Source of the DNA: a virus
Lineage: Duplodnaviria > Caudoviricetes
DNA length: 62,882 nucleotides
Strand: one strand, 5' to 3'
Virus record (IMG/VR): IMGVR_UViG_3300036715_004481
Span: 1 to 62,882 of that record
Shown: one piece after another, positions 40,301 to 49,418 of the stretch
Layout of the letters: the number at the start of each line of letters is the position of its first letter
Position numbering within the stretch: the stretch's first letter is position 1
Notes under the pieces: model-generated
Told to the model about the DNA's origin: nothing
The model's database searches: none
What the model saw: the letters and a program-made list of their open reading frames with translations, nothing else
Position numbers and translations under genes: made by a program

Positions 40301-40786
40301 CGGAACCAAACCTGTAGATGTTAATGCAGAATTTTTAACTGTTGATCCTAATGGTCTAATATGAGACAAATCATGACCAACACCACCTCTTCGTTTCATC
40401 AATTGTATTTGTTCCTCATCAATTTGCATAATAGAGCCATAAGAATCAGCATCATTTCCAATAACGAAGCAATTTGACAACGAAACAACTTGATTATCAT
40501 TACCAATACCTGACATTGGAGATCCTTGTGGAATAATATATTTAAAATCTTTAATCAATTCAAAGATAAAATCTTCAGATAGAGGATTTTCGTATTTTGC
40601 TTCTATTCTATAAATTTCTCTAGCAATTCTTCTGTGCATATCATTTGGTGTCAACTCACTATAGACTGTTTGACCATCTTTTGTTTTTTTTAATGCATAT
40701 TTATTAACCCAAACGTCTGATGCCAACACATCACCTTTAAAATATTTTAGCGTTTCATTGTACGCTTCTTCTCTTTTAAAATCCAT
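37313..40786 (-). CDS. nrdJ: Class II (adenosylcobalamin-dependent) ribonucleotide reductase with intein
   Basis: SLSNCFV, GGRRGALM, TNPC|CGEI, TIAPTGS, KGITVYRDGSR, C-terminal Cys ribbon. Confidence 0.92.
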   Translation of the reverse strand: MDFKREEAYNETLKYFKGDVLASDVWVNKYALKKTKDGQTVYSELTPNDMHRRIAREIYRIEAKYENPLSEDFIFELIKDFKYIIPQGSPMSGIGNDNQVVSLSNCFVIGNDADSYGSIMQIDEEQIQLMKRRGGVGHDLSHIRPLGSTVKNSALTSTGLVPFMSRYSNSTNEVAQGGRRGALMLTCSIQHPDSESFIDAKLEDGKVTGANISIKISDSFMEAAMNAKMFTQLYPIDSIDPYVTKEIDAQKLWKKIIHNAWKSAEPGVLFWDTIMRDSVPDCYQEHGFKTVSTNPCIVGDSLIAVADGRNAVSIRQLVEEGKDVPVYSTNKEGKIEIKMGRNPRLTGVKKEVWKLILDDDSEFIATPDHKIYLKDNTYKELKDLLPNDSISSFYSFNSNKGYRQIAQTGEKMSGGRFRNRRQYRLINEFYKGLGIDYKLYNIHHSDFDNQNDNIDNLKLMTRDEHQNLHSDRIRGKNNPYFSLTKEQKFKFASHPGEKNTKNINISNNEILKHARNLFEKDGNFTSRSWIKYAKENNLPQSLWNDFRFENFANFKNQVVTNHKVVSVNFYGYEDVYNITVDDNHNYNVITKTEDDKYITSGGICVKNCGEITLSPYDSCRLLAINLYSYVVNPFTPDAYFDWNLFNEHVIYAERFMDDIVDLELEKIEKILEKIELDPENEHTKRVERDTWIKIKNMAITGRRTGLGITAEGDMLAALGLIYGTKDATNFSTEVHKKLAIGAYKSSAIMAKERGSFPIYDYNKELNNPFISRLKNDDPELDRMLKEYGRRNIALLTIAPTGSVSILSQTTSGIEPAYMVSYKRRRKINPSDKNGKVDYIDAEGVKWEEYNVFHHKFETWLNVNNYDVNLVKSMKDSELKSIIEKSPYFKATANDVDWVEKVKMQGSVQKYVDHSISVTVNLPNSATEELVSKVYETGWKSGCKGITVYRDGSRQGVIMSNEGTTKNAVQEVQENNAKPRPKRLECEVVRFTNNKEKWIGFLGLMLDEKGQKYPYELFTGLSDAFFIPQNIEKGEIVKFKDEDGKSRYDFIYKDKDGYNITMEGLNRAFDREFWNTSKLLSAFLRHRIHLPSVIALIDSLQLSDNAAFGTWKSGVKRIIKKYINSTVSGEVCPDCGSHALKYENGCKSCLDCSWSKCD
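38966..39901 (-). mobile_element. Intein (312 aa) with HNH endonuclease in RNR
   Basis: NP|CIVGDSLI...ATPDH...IHHSDFDNQNDNIDNL...VYNITV..CVKN|CGE. Confidence 0.9.
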
Positions 40787-40801
40787 ATTATTATTTTTTT
40801 T

Positions 40802-41491
40802 TTATATAAAATTTATATTATTAAGGTTATTTAAATAACCACTCTGTTTTAACTCAACTATTAAATGTGTCGCATATTCTTTATCTAACAATTTAAACAT
40901 ATTGAAAATATTATCTGTAAAATAGTAAGAAAGCTCTACAAAAATTTCAGATTTTGTATATTCTTTACCAACATTATCTATAAGCATTCTATAATAATCA
41001 TTAAATGCTTGTCTATTAGGTTTTCTTCTATTCGCTGAAAAATCCAAATCAGTTTTTTCTTGTAATAATTCATATACATCTCTCTGTAAATTAAGTCTAT
41101 CTACATAATCTTCGTTAAATTTACTCTCAAACTCATAAATTGAGCCTGATTCAATCGGCAAACCATCGGAAAAATTAAAATCCTCTTGATGTAAAATATA
41201 TTCTGATTCTTCAACATTCTCATCCACTTTTCCTTTAAATATAGTATCTCTTGATAATGAGTGCTTACCTTCAAGCTTATGATTATTAGTATTAAACTTA
41301 ACCATTATATCAATATCACTCAAATCATCATCGTCGTCATCTGCATGTATTGTAGCATCTTCTGATTCAGCTTCTAAACTTTCGTCATCTAGCATATTCA
41401 AGTCTTCAATAAAATCCTCTATGTCCTCATCTATATTTTCATCTAAATCGTTCAACTCATTCAATTCTTCAAACTCTTCATTTTTTTTCAT
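40802..41491 (-). CDS. Hypothetical protein with acidic N-terminus
   Basis: 229-aa ORF in replication operon. Confidence 0.65.
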   Translation of the reverse strand: MKKNEEFEELNELNDLDENIDEDIEDFIEDLNMLDDESLEAESEDATIHADDDDDDLSDIDIMVKFNTNNHKLEGKHSLSRDTIFKGKVDENVEESEYILHQEDFNFSDGLPIESGSIYEFESKFNEDYVDRLNLQRDVYELLQEKTDLDFSANRRKPNRQAFNDYYRMLIDNVGKEYTKSEIFVELSYYFTDNIFNMFKLLDKEYATHLIVELKQSGYLNNLNNINFI

Positions 41492-41516
41492 TCATTTTTA
41501 TTAATTTTTTTAATTG

Positions 41517-42596
41517 TCATTTTGCGCCTACAAGCACGTCATTTTCCATAGTCAAAAACTTAGTATTAAAATCAAACCTAACTTGTTCTTCATGATGTTC
41601 ACCATCTCGTAATTTTAATATCTTTAATCTATAGATATTATTTTTCTTCATTTCAGGATTTCTAATAATACCCCAAACTGAATCCGCAGTATCAGCAATG
41701 GCTTTACTTTCTGGAATATCACCCAATTTAATATCTGAAGCACCCCAAACAGCTTTATCAATCTGAGTAGCGGTAATTAATACGCACTCATATTTATCTG
41801 CAATCATTCTCAATCCTTCTGCTAAATGTTTACCTTTCAAATATAACATATTTGCAATTTCAAATCCTTTTTCAATAGACATAATATTTATATAATCCAC
41901 AATAACCATATCAACCTTTAATCTCTTAACTTCCTCAAATTTCTTAATATAATTATCAATATCTGTAACAGTACAATCACTAGTGCTATATTTTTTAACA
42001 AATATTTTACCTGGTTTCGCATCAAATAAACTACCAACAGTTGATTGTGATTTAAGATTATTAAGTTTTTGCTTCATAAAAATAGGATCCTTTGATTTTT
42101 CATCATACTCATCAGAGTTAATTTTAAGCCTCATAGATCCTAATCTTTTCATAACCTTTCTATTTGCCATCTCTAATGTTATAATTAAAACATTAGAGCC
42201 AGCATTTGCACCATTTACAGCAATATTGTGTAACCACATACTATTATGACTTAAAATATCATTACTATAAAATCTATGATTCTCATCTTCCAATTGTAAA
42301 TCATACATATTTGAAGATAAGTCTGTTTTATAACAAGAAATTATAGACTCCAAACCATTCTTAGTTATAATCTTATCGTTAGGTTTTAAGTCTTTAACAA
42401 AAACTTCTTTGAAATTTTCATCAAAAACTATGTGAGTATCAGCACAAAATAATTCCAAATTGTCTGTTTTTAATAACCACTCATCATACTCTATAGTTTT
42501 ACCAATAGCTTTAATGTCAGACCAACCTGTATCAGTTTCAACTTCCCACTCATCTATTTCTATCGTATCTATAAATTTTCTATCAAAATTCATCAT
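41517..42596 (-). CDS. DnaB/gp41-like helicase C-part with 118-aa C-intein
   Basis: CADTH block B, MYDL..ILSHN|SMWL; then ITLEM, IVDYI, TATQ, ESKAI helicase motifs. Confidence 0.9.
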   Translation of the reverse strand: MMNFDRKFIDTIEIDEWEVETDTGWSDIKAIGKTIEYDEWLLKTDNLELFCADTHIVFDENFKEVFVKDLKPNDKIITKNGLESIISCYKTDLSSNMYDLQLEDENHRFYSNDILSHNSMWLHNIAVNGANAGSNVLIITLEMANRKVMKRLGSMRLKINSDEYDEKSKDPIFMKQKLNNLKSQSTVGSLFDAKPGKIFVKKYSTSDCTVTDIDNYIKKFEEVKRLKVDMVIVDYINIMSIEKGFEIANMLYLKGKHLAEGLRMIADKYECVLITATQIDKAVWGASDIKLGDIPESKAIADTADSVWGIIRNPEMKKNNIYRLKILKLRDGEHHEEQVRFDFNTKFLTMENDVLVGAK

Positions 42597-42599
42597 ATT

Positions 42600-42722
42600 C
42601 TATTTATTTATAAAATCTATACATTGCTGTATAACTTCTTTTTTATTTTTATTATAATTATACTCCCAAATTACTAATGTTTCAAAACCAATATTCTCAA
42701 ATGATATTTTTGGAGAATCCAT
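42600..42722 (-). pseudogene. 40-aa remnant of Vsr-like homing endonuclease
   Basis: MDSPKISFENIGFETLVIWEYNYNKNKKEVIQQCIDFINK; TAATG-coupled to upstream gene. Confidence 0.7.
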
Positions 42723-43444
42723 TATTGTACTACACCTTTAATAGAATCATAGAACTCACCTATACCAATTTCTTCTATTCTACCAGTTTTTTTATTCTTA
42801 ATTTTTATAAGTGTCTGATAATTAGTACATTTTCCAACATTTGTTTCTCCCATTATAACATTTAGTGTGGATTTACTCCATCCGCCACCTAAAATATTAT
42901 CAATATTTGACCATCCTGTAGGAATACAATTCTTTGTTATATTTTGTTTGTGAGACTCAGGATCATCAAAATCATCACCCAAATCATTATCATCATCATC
43001 AACTAAAAAAACATTTCCAAACATCCCTTTAACTTTCTGTGCAATATCTGTAACACTTTCATAGTCAACAGTTTCAATATTACGAACCATATCAATAGCT
43101 TTTAGCATATCACCTTTTAGCTCGTTTTGTATTTTCCAAGCTTTAAATCTTGGTAGTAACCATTCTTCACTAATATCACTATTATCCGATTGAAGAAGAA
43201 GTTTTAAAACTTTATCGTTAATTTTTTTATCTTGATCAGCTAATGTTACCATTGAGTATATTTGCTGTACACTCGGCACAATGTGACTTTCGCTTCTCAG
43301 ATATTCTTCTCTAATAACAGTATATACAAATTGTATATCCGAATTTCTAAAGAAAAACGGCTCAACTTTGGAAAACTGATCAGAATTATCTAAAATGTAG
43401 ATAAAATAATGTTTTTCCATATTTGTGTTCATAACTTCTGCCAT
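42722..43444 (-). CDS. DnaB/gp41-like helicase N-part with 35-aa N-intein
   Basis: IPTGW..ID..LGGG, GETNVGK|CTNYQTLIKI Walker A interrupted before Ser. Confidence 0.9.
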   Translation of the reverse strand: MAEVMNTNMEKHYFIYILDNSDQFSKVEPFFFRNSDIQFVYTVIREEYLRSESHIVPSVQQIYSMVTLADQDKKINDKVLKLLLQSDNSDISEEWLLPRFKAWKIQNELKGDMLKAIDMVRNIETVDYESVTDIAQKVKGMFGNVFLVDDDDNDLGDDFDDPESHKQNITKNCIPTGWSNIDNILGGGWSKSTLNVIMGETNVGKCTNYQTLIKIKNKKTGRIEEIGIGEFYDSIKGVVQ

Positions 43445-43479
43445 GTTGCGTATATTTTATATTTATTTTAAATTTTTTA

Positions 43480-44727
43480 TTAATTAAATAGTGTATCATC
43501 ATTATCAAGGTTGAATTCATCAGATGATAACATATCTTTATCTTCAATTTCATTCAATCTTTCATCTATATCTTCCAACTCTCTTAAACATTCATCATAT
43601 GATGGATATTTAAAATAATCGAAAATGATTGGCTCCATTGCTTTCAAAACATCTTCAGTGAAAACCTTTCTATTAAATAACTGTTTTTCTGAAATAGTTT
43701 TATCTAAATGTTTAACATACCATCTATTTGATGGTTTGAATGTGATTTCACCAGTAGCTTTATCAACATCTTTTTTAACTTGAGCTATACCAATTTTTGG
43801 AAAATTTTCAAATGTGCAGAACAAATCTAATCCTTTAAATGGGTTTATACCTTTGCTATAATCAATTTCAAATTTAACTTTTTTAGGCTTAGCTAATCTA
43901 TTTTTTGCAGATCTTGCTGTAATAATAGAACCAGATCTACCAAGATCCATCTCATCTTCTTCACCAGTTTTCAATTTAGAATCACTCAATATTAAAATTG
44001 TACTTGCAGCATAATACAAGCCTTCACCACCGCTCATAATAGTTTGTGGAAACATATCTTGACTTAAGTATACATGATTTGTTGCCACAAGAGGTATGTT
44101 TAGATAACCCAAATCGTTTGTAATAAGTCTAACAAGAGATTTAATTTGTTTAGCTCTTGTCATATCTTGTTTAACGTTCAATTTAAGTGTATCTTCTTTT
44201 TCCTTTTCGGATGACAACATGCCAATAGAGTCAATAAAGAATATTGTTTTAGAAACATCGGTTCCAGCATCTTTTAATTTTTGGAGTCCATCTAAAATTG
44301 TCATCATAAACATTTTTATTTTTTCTACAATATTGGTTCTTATTAACATAAAATTATCCGAATTTGATGTATCAATTCCATACATATCAAAATCAGTTTT
44401 TTCAATAGAATATTCTGTATCAATCCACACAATATTGTATCCATTTTTTTGAGCATTTCTTGCGATACTCAATGATATGAAAGATTTTCCTGTTTGCTTA
44501 GGCCCAGCAATAATTGTAATCTTATTGTTAGATATACCACCTTTAAGTATACTTTTAGATAAAAGTGCATCTATAACGTATACACCAGTAGATATGAATG
44601 CTTTCTCTTTGTCAAAATCTTCAATTGAAATAATATCTTTCTTAGAAATACTATCTATTAAATTAGATATATTAGAAAAATTAAAATCATTATATTTTTT
44701 TTGTGAGGTTTGGTTTTTTTTAGCCAT
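43480..44727 (-). CDS. uvsX: UvsX/RecA recombinase (start probably MAKK at 44727)
   Basis: ISTG..ID, AGPKQTGKS, IDTE, FIDSIGML, NHVY, SGG.G..YAAS. Confidence 0.9.
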   Translation of the reverse strand: MAKKNQTSQKKYNDFNFSNISNLIDSISKKDIISIEDFDKEKAFISTGVYVIDALLSKSILKGGISNNKITIIAGPKQTGKSFISLSIARNAQKNGYNIVWIDTEYSIEKTDFDMYGIDTSNSDNFMLIRTNIVEKIKMFMMTILDGLQKLKDAGTDVSKTIFFIDSIGMLSSEKEKEDTLKLNVKQDMTRAKQIKSLVRLITNDLGYLNIPLVATNHVYLSQDMFPQTIMSGGEGLYYAASTILILSDSKLKTGEEDEMDLGRSGSIITARSAKNRLAKPKKVKFEIDYSKGINPFKGLDLFCTFENFPKIGIAQVKKDVDKATGEITFKPSNRWYVKHLDKTISEKQLFNRKVFTEDVLKAMEPIIFDYFKYPSYDECLRELEDIDERLNEIEDKDMLSSDEFNLDNDDTLFN

Positions 44728-44957
44728 ATTGTTGAAATTATTTTTTAAAAACAAGTATTTCTTATTTATACAAAAAAGACGTTTAAAAGTTTTAATAATC
44801 GTAAAAAATATTAAAAATAAGTTAAAGTATTTCACGGTTATAGAATTATCAGTTTATATACTTAAAAATATGAGTAAAGTTTTAATATATCTGAATAATA
44901 TTTTTAAATTGAACCCAACTCAAAATATATATAAGCTAAAATACAACAATATAATTT

Positions 44958-45359
44958 ATGGAATTCTACATAGTATTCGTAAAAAATAAAAAGAAACTTG
45001 ATAAATATATTAAAATCAATAAGATTCGGAGTAAAACAATAATAGATATCAAGCAGCAATTGGAAGATCATGGTTTAGATGATGTTAATGAATGGAGAGA
45101 ATATTTTAATCTTATAATATACACTAAAATCACACAATCTATAAGAAAAAACAAAGATGTATACTATATTCCAAATATGCAAAAAATTCAAAATTTAGAA
45201 ATAGATGACATTTTTCAAATTAAAGACAATTTATCTGAAAAAGTAAAATTTAATCTTTTATTATTTTTTGAAGACTTTAAAGACAATCAAAAGCTTAATG
45301 ATGATATTTTATCAAATATTTCATATTTTGATTCCATACAAATTATTAGAGATTATTAA
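44958..45359 (+). CDS. Hypothetical protein
   Basis: 133-aa ORF. Confidence 0.6.
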   Translation: MEFYIVFVKNKKKLDKYIKINKIRSKTIIDIKQQLEDHGLDDVNEWREYFNLIIYTKITQSIRKNKDVYYIPNMQKIQNLEIDDIFQIKDNLSEKVKFNLLLFFEDFKDNQKLNDDILSNISYFDSIQIIRDY

Positions 45360-45408
45360 TATTCAGCGGATATGTTTTTTTATATATAAAGAAAAATAAT
45401 ATAAATAA

Positions 45409-47463
45409 ATGTCTCATTATTCTGAAATGGAGTTTCTATTTAGTGATATAAATAATAATCAAAACATATCAAAACAACTAAATACTACAAGCAACAGTAA
45501 CACCTTTAATGTGCTTAAAGAACCTTCACTATCAGGTTCAAGACCTGGATACGTTTTGTTTAAAAGTAAAGATGGCGTCGATTCAGATGGTATTAAAAAT
45601 TATATACAAAGTACAGTATATAAGAAAGAAAATAAATCAACAAATCCATATGTAAATTTGATTAATGATTTTAATGCAACTGATGGATCACATGGCGCTG
45701 GATTAAGATTAAAAGCATCTGATTTTGCGTATCTACATCAATTAGGTGTATATCCTATGAACAGAATGGCTATTCTAAGAAGATTTCCAGATGGCGTTTT
45801 TGTGCCAGAGAATTTAGAAAATATGAAAATAGAGCCAATATCAACTATTGTTGGCTGGATTCCATTAGATAAAAATTTCAGTAGTGTTAGTTTTAATGAA
45901 ACTTGGACTCAAACCAACGAAAGATTTGATGTTGCATTATCAGAAATAATTAAAAAGAACACAGGTGGAAAATTGGATATTGCAGCAATAGTTCCAATTC
46001 CAGATTTTGCACAAGGTATATTGTTTGAATTTTATAAAAAAGCTGGTATAACAAAAAGTAGTAATCTAAATGATAGTGTAGATGAAGTTTATGAACACTA
46101 TGATCCAAATAGTGTAACTAAAGAAGGTAGAAAAATAGTAAAAAATAATACTTGGGGACTTAACAATATACCAGTAGGGGATCCAAATGTTTTAAATGAA
46201 GCGCCATTTAGAAATCCTGAAGGTCAAAATATAAAATCATCTTTTTCTTTTGAACTTGAAGCTACATATGAACAAAAATTATTGGGTGATGTTGATCCTG
46301 GATCTGCTATGTTAGACATATTAGATAACATATATGCTATGGGAACATCTAACATGGTATTTTATTGGGGTGATGGCTCAAATGTAATACAAGATGCAAA
46401 AAATACAGCATCTGGTAAAGGAAACAATTTACACGCATGGTGGGAATTCGTATATGATATAACAAAATCTTTTTGGGATACTATGATTGAAATTCTTTCT
46501 TCAGCATTAAAAAAAGTTGAAGATGCAGCAATATCAGTAATTGATGCAGGGCAAACCACTGATCAAGCAAATCAAAACACAGCAAAACTTAAATCAGATC
46601 AACAAAATATAATAAACGCAAATCAACCTATTGTAGACAAATCAATTAAGGACAATAAAGTTACACCAGAATCCATCACAGCACAGAAAAAAATAGATGC
46701 TGCGAAAAAAGAAATTGAAAAATTGAACACACAAGGTATTAGTAATTCTGTTGACGCTAAAAAAAATGCTGCAAAAAAAATAACAACAGATATGCTAAGT
46801 GGCTTAGGTACACTTGCGCAAACAATATTAACAAGTACTATAGCTATACATCGTTTTAGATTAAGAGGTTCAATAGAGTTGATGGTTGGAGGTGCAGACA
46901 GTTCAACGCCTTGGCATTTAACAATAGGTAATCCATATTCACCTTGGCTAAACACCAGTCATATAGTAATAGAATCTGCAACTGTTGAAACAAGCAACGA
47001 AATGGGATTCAATGATATGCCACAAAGATTAACAGCTAAATTTACATGTAGATTATCAAGATCTTTGGGTAAACAGGAGTTGATGAGAATGTTTAACAAC
47101 ACATATAGAAGAACATATTCTTCACCAGTTCGTGTATCATCATCTGGTACTATAACGCCTGGTGTCGCACCAGCAACATCTTTGAATATGAATTCTAATC
47201 AGTTCAAAGATGGAACGACATCATCTACAGTTGATAGTACTGGAAAAGCCGTTGGAGTTGTAAATCCAGCACAAACTAATCCAGGGATGAATGGAAACTC
47301 CAATGATCCATCAATTGTAAATTATTTAAATTCTAAAAACCAAAACTCATCTTATAGTTCAAGAGCACAAATGGCGGCGAATATGGGTATTCAAAATTAT
47401 AGAGGTACAGCAGAACAAAACACACAAATGTTAAACATATTAAGAAATCAAAGCAATGCTTAA
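45409..47463 (+). CDS. Baseplate/tail-associated protein with C-terminal DUF3597-like domain
   Basis: WHLTIGNP motif; SIVNYL..SSYSSRAQMAANMGIQNYRGTAEQN; first gene of baseplate cluster. Confidence 0.55.
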   Translation: MSHYSEMEFLFSDINNNQNISKQLNTTSNSNTFNVLKEPSLSGSRPGYVLFKSKDGVDSDGIKNYIQSTVYKKENKSTNPYVNLINDFNATDGSHGAGLRLKASDFAYLHQLGVYPMNRMAILRRFPDGVFVPENLENMKIEPISTIVGWIPLDKNFSSVSFNETWTQTNERFDVALSEIIKKNTGGKLDIAAIVPIPDFAQGILFEFYKKAGITKSSNLNDSVDEVYEHYDPNSVTKEGRKIVKNNTWGLNNIPVGDPNVLNEAPFRNPEGQNIKSSFSFELEATYEQKLLGDVDPGSAMLDILDNIYAMGTSNMVFYWGDGSNVIQDAKNTASGKGNNLHAWWEFVYDITKSFWDTMIEILSSALKKVEDAAISVIDAGQTTDQANQNTAKLKSDQQNIINANQPIVDKSIKDNKVTPESITAQKKIDAAKKEIEKLNTQGISNSVDAKKNAAKKITTDMLSGLGTLAQTILTSTIAIHRFRLRGSIELMVGGADSSTPWHLTIGNPYSPWLNTSHIVIESATVETSNEMGFNDMPQRLTAKFTCRLSRSLGKQELMRMFNNTYRRTYSSPVRVSSSGTITPGVAPATSLNMNSNQFKDGTTSSTVDSTGKAVGVVNPAQTNPGMNGNSNDPSIVNYLNSKNQNSSYSSRAQMAANMGIQNYRGTAEQNTQMLNILRNQSNA

Positions 47464-47481
47464 AAAATAAATTTAAAAAAA

Positions 47482-47961
47482 ATGAATATAATATCATTTG
47501 ATGGCAATACAAACAATATAATTAATAGAGATGTTAATCAAGGTGGACTTTTTAATTTATTTCAAAAAAACATAGTTTACAATAATGAAATACCGCTAAG
47601 CATATATATTGTACCTAGAGAATATGAAATGAGATTAGATAGAATATCAAATCACATTTATGGCTCAGATTCTTATGTTGAAGAGATAATGGTATTAAAT
47701 GATATAATTAATCCATATTCAGTCAAAGAAGGTCAATATATCTATTTTTGTGATGTGAGTTATTTACAAAATTTATATACAAAAGATGAGATATCAACTC
47801 AATTAGATCAAACAAGAATTTCACTTATAAATGCAGCACAACCAAATAAAAACTTACAGAATGCTGAACAAGGACTATCAACAACTATTAAACCAGCTGC
47901 ACTAAAGCAAGTTAAAGTTAGTAATAATAATAACATTCAAATAATAAATTCGTTCAATTAA
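47482..47961 (+). CDS. Baseplate wedge protein (T4 gp53/LysM-like)
   Basis: RLDRISNHIYGS...NDIINPYSVKEG. Confidence 0.75.
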   Translation: MNIISFDGNTNNIINRDVNQGGLFNLFQKNIVYNNEIPLSIYIVPREYEMRLDRISNHIYGSDSYVEEIMVLNDIINPYSVKEGQYIYFCDVSYLQNLYTKDEISTQLDQTRISLINAAQPNKNLQNAEQGLSTTIKPAALKQVKVSNNNNIQIINSFN

Positions 47962-47970
47962 TAATATATT

Positions 47971-49386
47971 ATGATAAAAGTTTTAGAAAATGCAACAATA
48001 AAAACCAAAGAATTATCATTTCAATTAAATGATGATAGATCTTCAAAAATATTTGTAGAATCTCTTGATTATACACCTCTTGTATTTATAAGCAAAGTAA
48101 ATGATCCTACAAATCCATCTATAAATGGTACTACAGTTCCTTATACTGATATAATTTATATAAAATTACACAACAGTAAATTTATACCAGAGATTGAATT
48201 ATATTGTGAAGATTCAAAAGGTATATTATTCACGGAATTATATCCTTTTGATCATGATACTATTGTAAGTATATTTATTAAAGCTCAGTCTGAAATGGTT
48301 ATGCCAATAAGAATGGACTTTAGAGTAGCAGAATTTGAAACAGTTAGAAGTGATGATAACGGTGGACTTAAATTCCTAATCAAAGGATTATTAGATGTTG
48401 ATGAGTTACATTTTTCTAACTATGAAGTAAGAAAAGGAACTAGTTATAATGTAATAAAAAATCTTGCAACTCAGATTGGATTAGGATTTGCATCAAATAT
48501 TGATAATAGTAATGATGATATGAAATGGATAAACCCAGGCGATACATATAAAGAATTTATAAAAGATGTTACCAGGTATTCTTACATATCTGATGAATCT
48601 TTTGTGTGGACATTCATTGATTTCTATTATAACATAAATTATGTTGATGTTCAATTAGAATTAAACAGTTTTATTAAAAACGAAACTCATCCAGTTGCAA
48701 ACAAACAAATTGAAAAAGATGATAAAGAAAATTTGTCACTACTATATTTAACAAGCAACAAAGCATTTAAAGGAACCAATCAATATATTAGCAAATTTAA
48801 TATTGATAACCAAGCTTTCAAAGTAAATTTAGAGATATTCTACAGAATGGAAGCAACTTGGTATGATAAAAACACAAATACAATAACTAAACAATATATC
48901 AAGGAGTTTGAAGCTGACCAAGAAAAACTAGGCAGTCCATTACAAGGTTTGCTTGATAAAAACTCAAAACTATATGAAGAAAACGTTAATGATGAATACT
49001 TTATTGGTAAAGTGGATTCTGTTGACAATGTTCATAAAAACTATGTTTTAGCAAAAGTTACAAATAAATATAATTTGGATGGACTTGAAAAAATGAAAAT
49101 GATTATAACATTAGATCAAATAAATTTTTCAATAAAAAGATTTCAAAACATAAGAGTTGAAATATTCAATGTAAACAATTTTTATAGTAGTGATGCTGAT
49201 AAAGTTAGCGAATTAAACAATGTGAATAAAAAATTATCTGGTTTTTGGTTTGTTACAGGAATAAATTACTTATATAAAAGAACAGGAGGTGCTGAACAGG
49301 AAGTTACATTAATGAGAAGAGATTTAAATATAAATTATGGCTCAAATTCTGATGAAAAACACGATTTATCTGCAACACAAAATTAA
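47971..49386 (+). CDS. Baseplate hub protein (gp27/VgrG-like)
   Basis: Position and SGFWFVTGI...EVTLMRR C-terminal pattern. Confidence 0.55.
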   Translation: MIKVLENATIKTKELSFQLNDDRSSKIFVESLDYTPLVFISKVNDPTNPSINGTTVPYTDIIYIKLHNSKFIPEIELYCEDSKGILFTELYPFDHDTIVSIFIKAQSEMVMPIRMDFRVAEFETVRSDDNGGLKFLIKGLLDVDELHFSNYEVRKGTSYNVIKNLATQIGLGFASNIDNSNDDMKWINPGDTYKEFIKDVTRYSYISDESFVWTFIDFYYNINYVDVQLELNSFIKNETHPVANKQIEKDDKENLSLLYLTSNKAFKGTNQYISKFNIDNQAFKVNLEIFYRMEATWYDKNTNTITKQYIKEFEADQEKLGSPLQGLLDKNSKLYEENVNDEYFIGKVDSVDNVHKNYVLAKVTNKYNLDGLEKMKMIITLDQINFSIKRFQNIRVEIFNVNNFYSSDADKVSELNNVNKKLSGFWFVTGINYLYKRTGGAEQEVTLMRRDLNINYGSNSDEKHDLSATQN

Positions 49387-49418
49387 AAATAAATATATAC
49401 TAAAAAACAATAAAAAAA

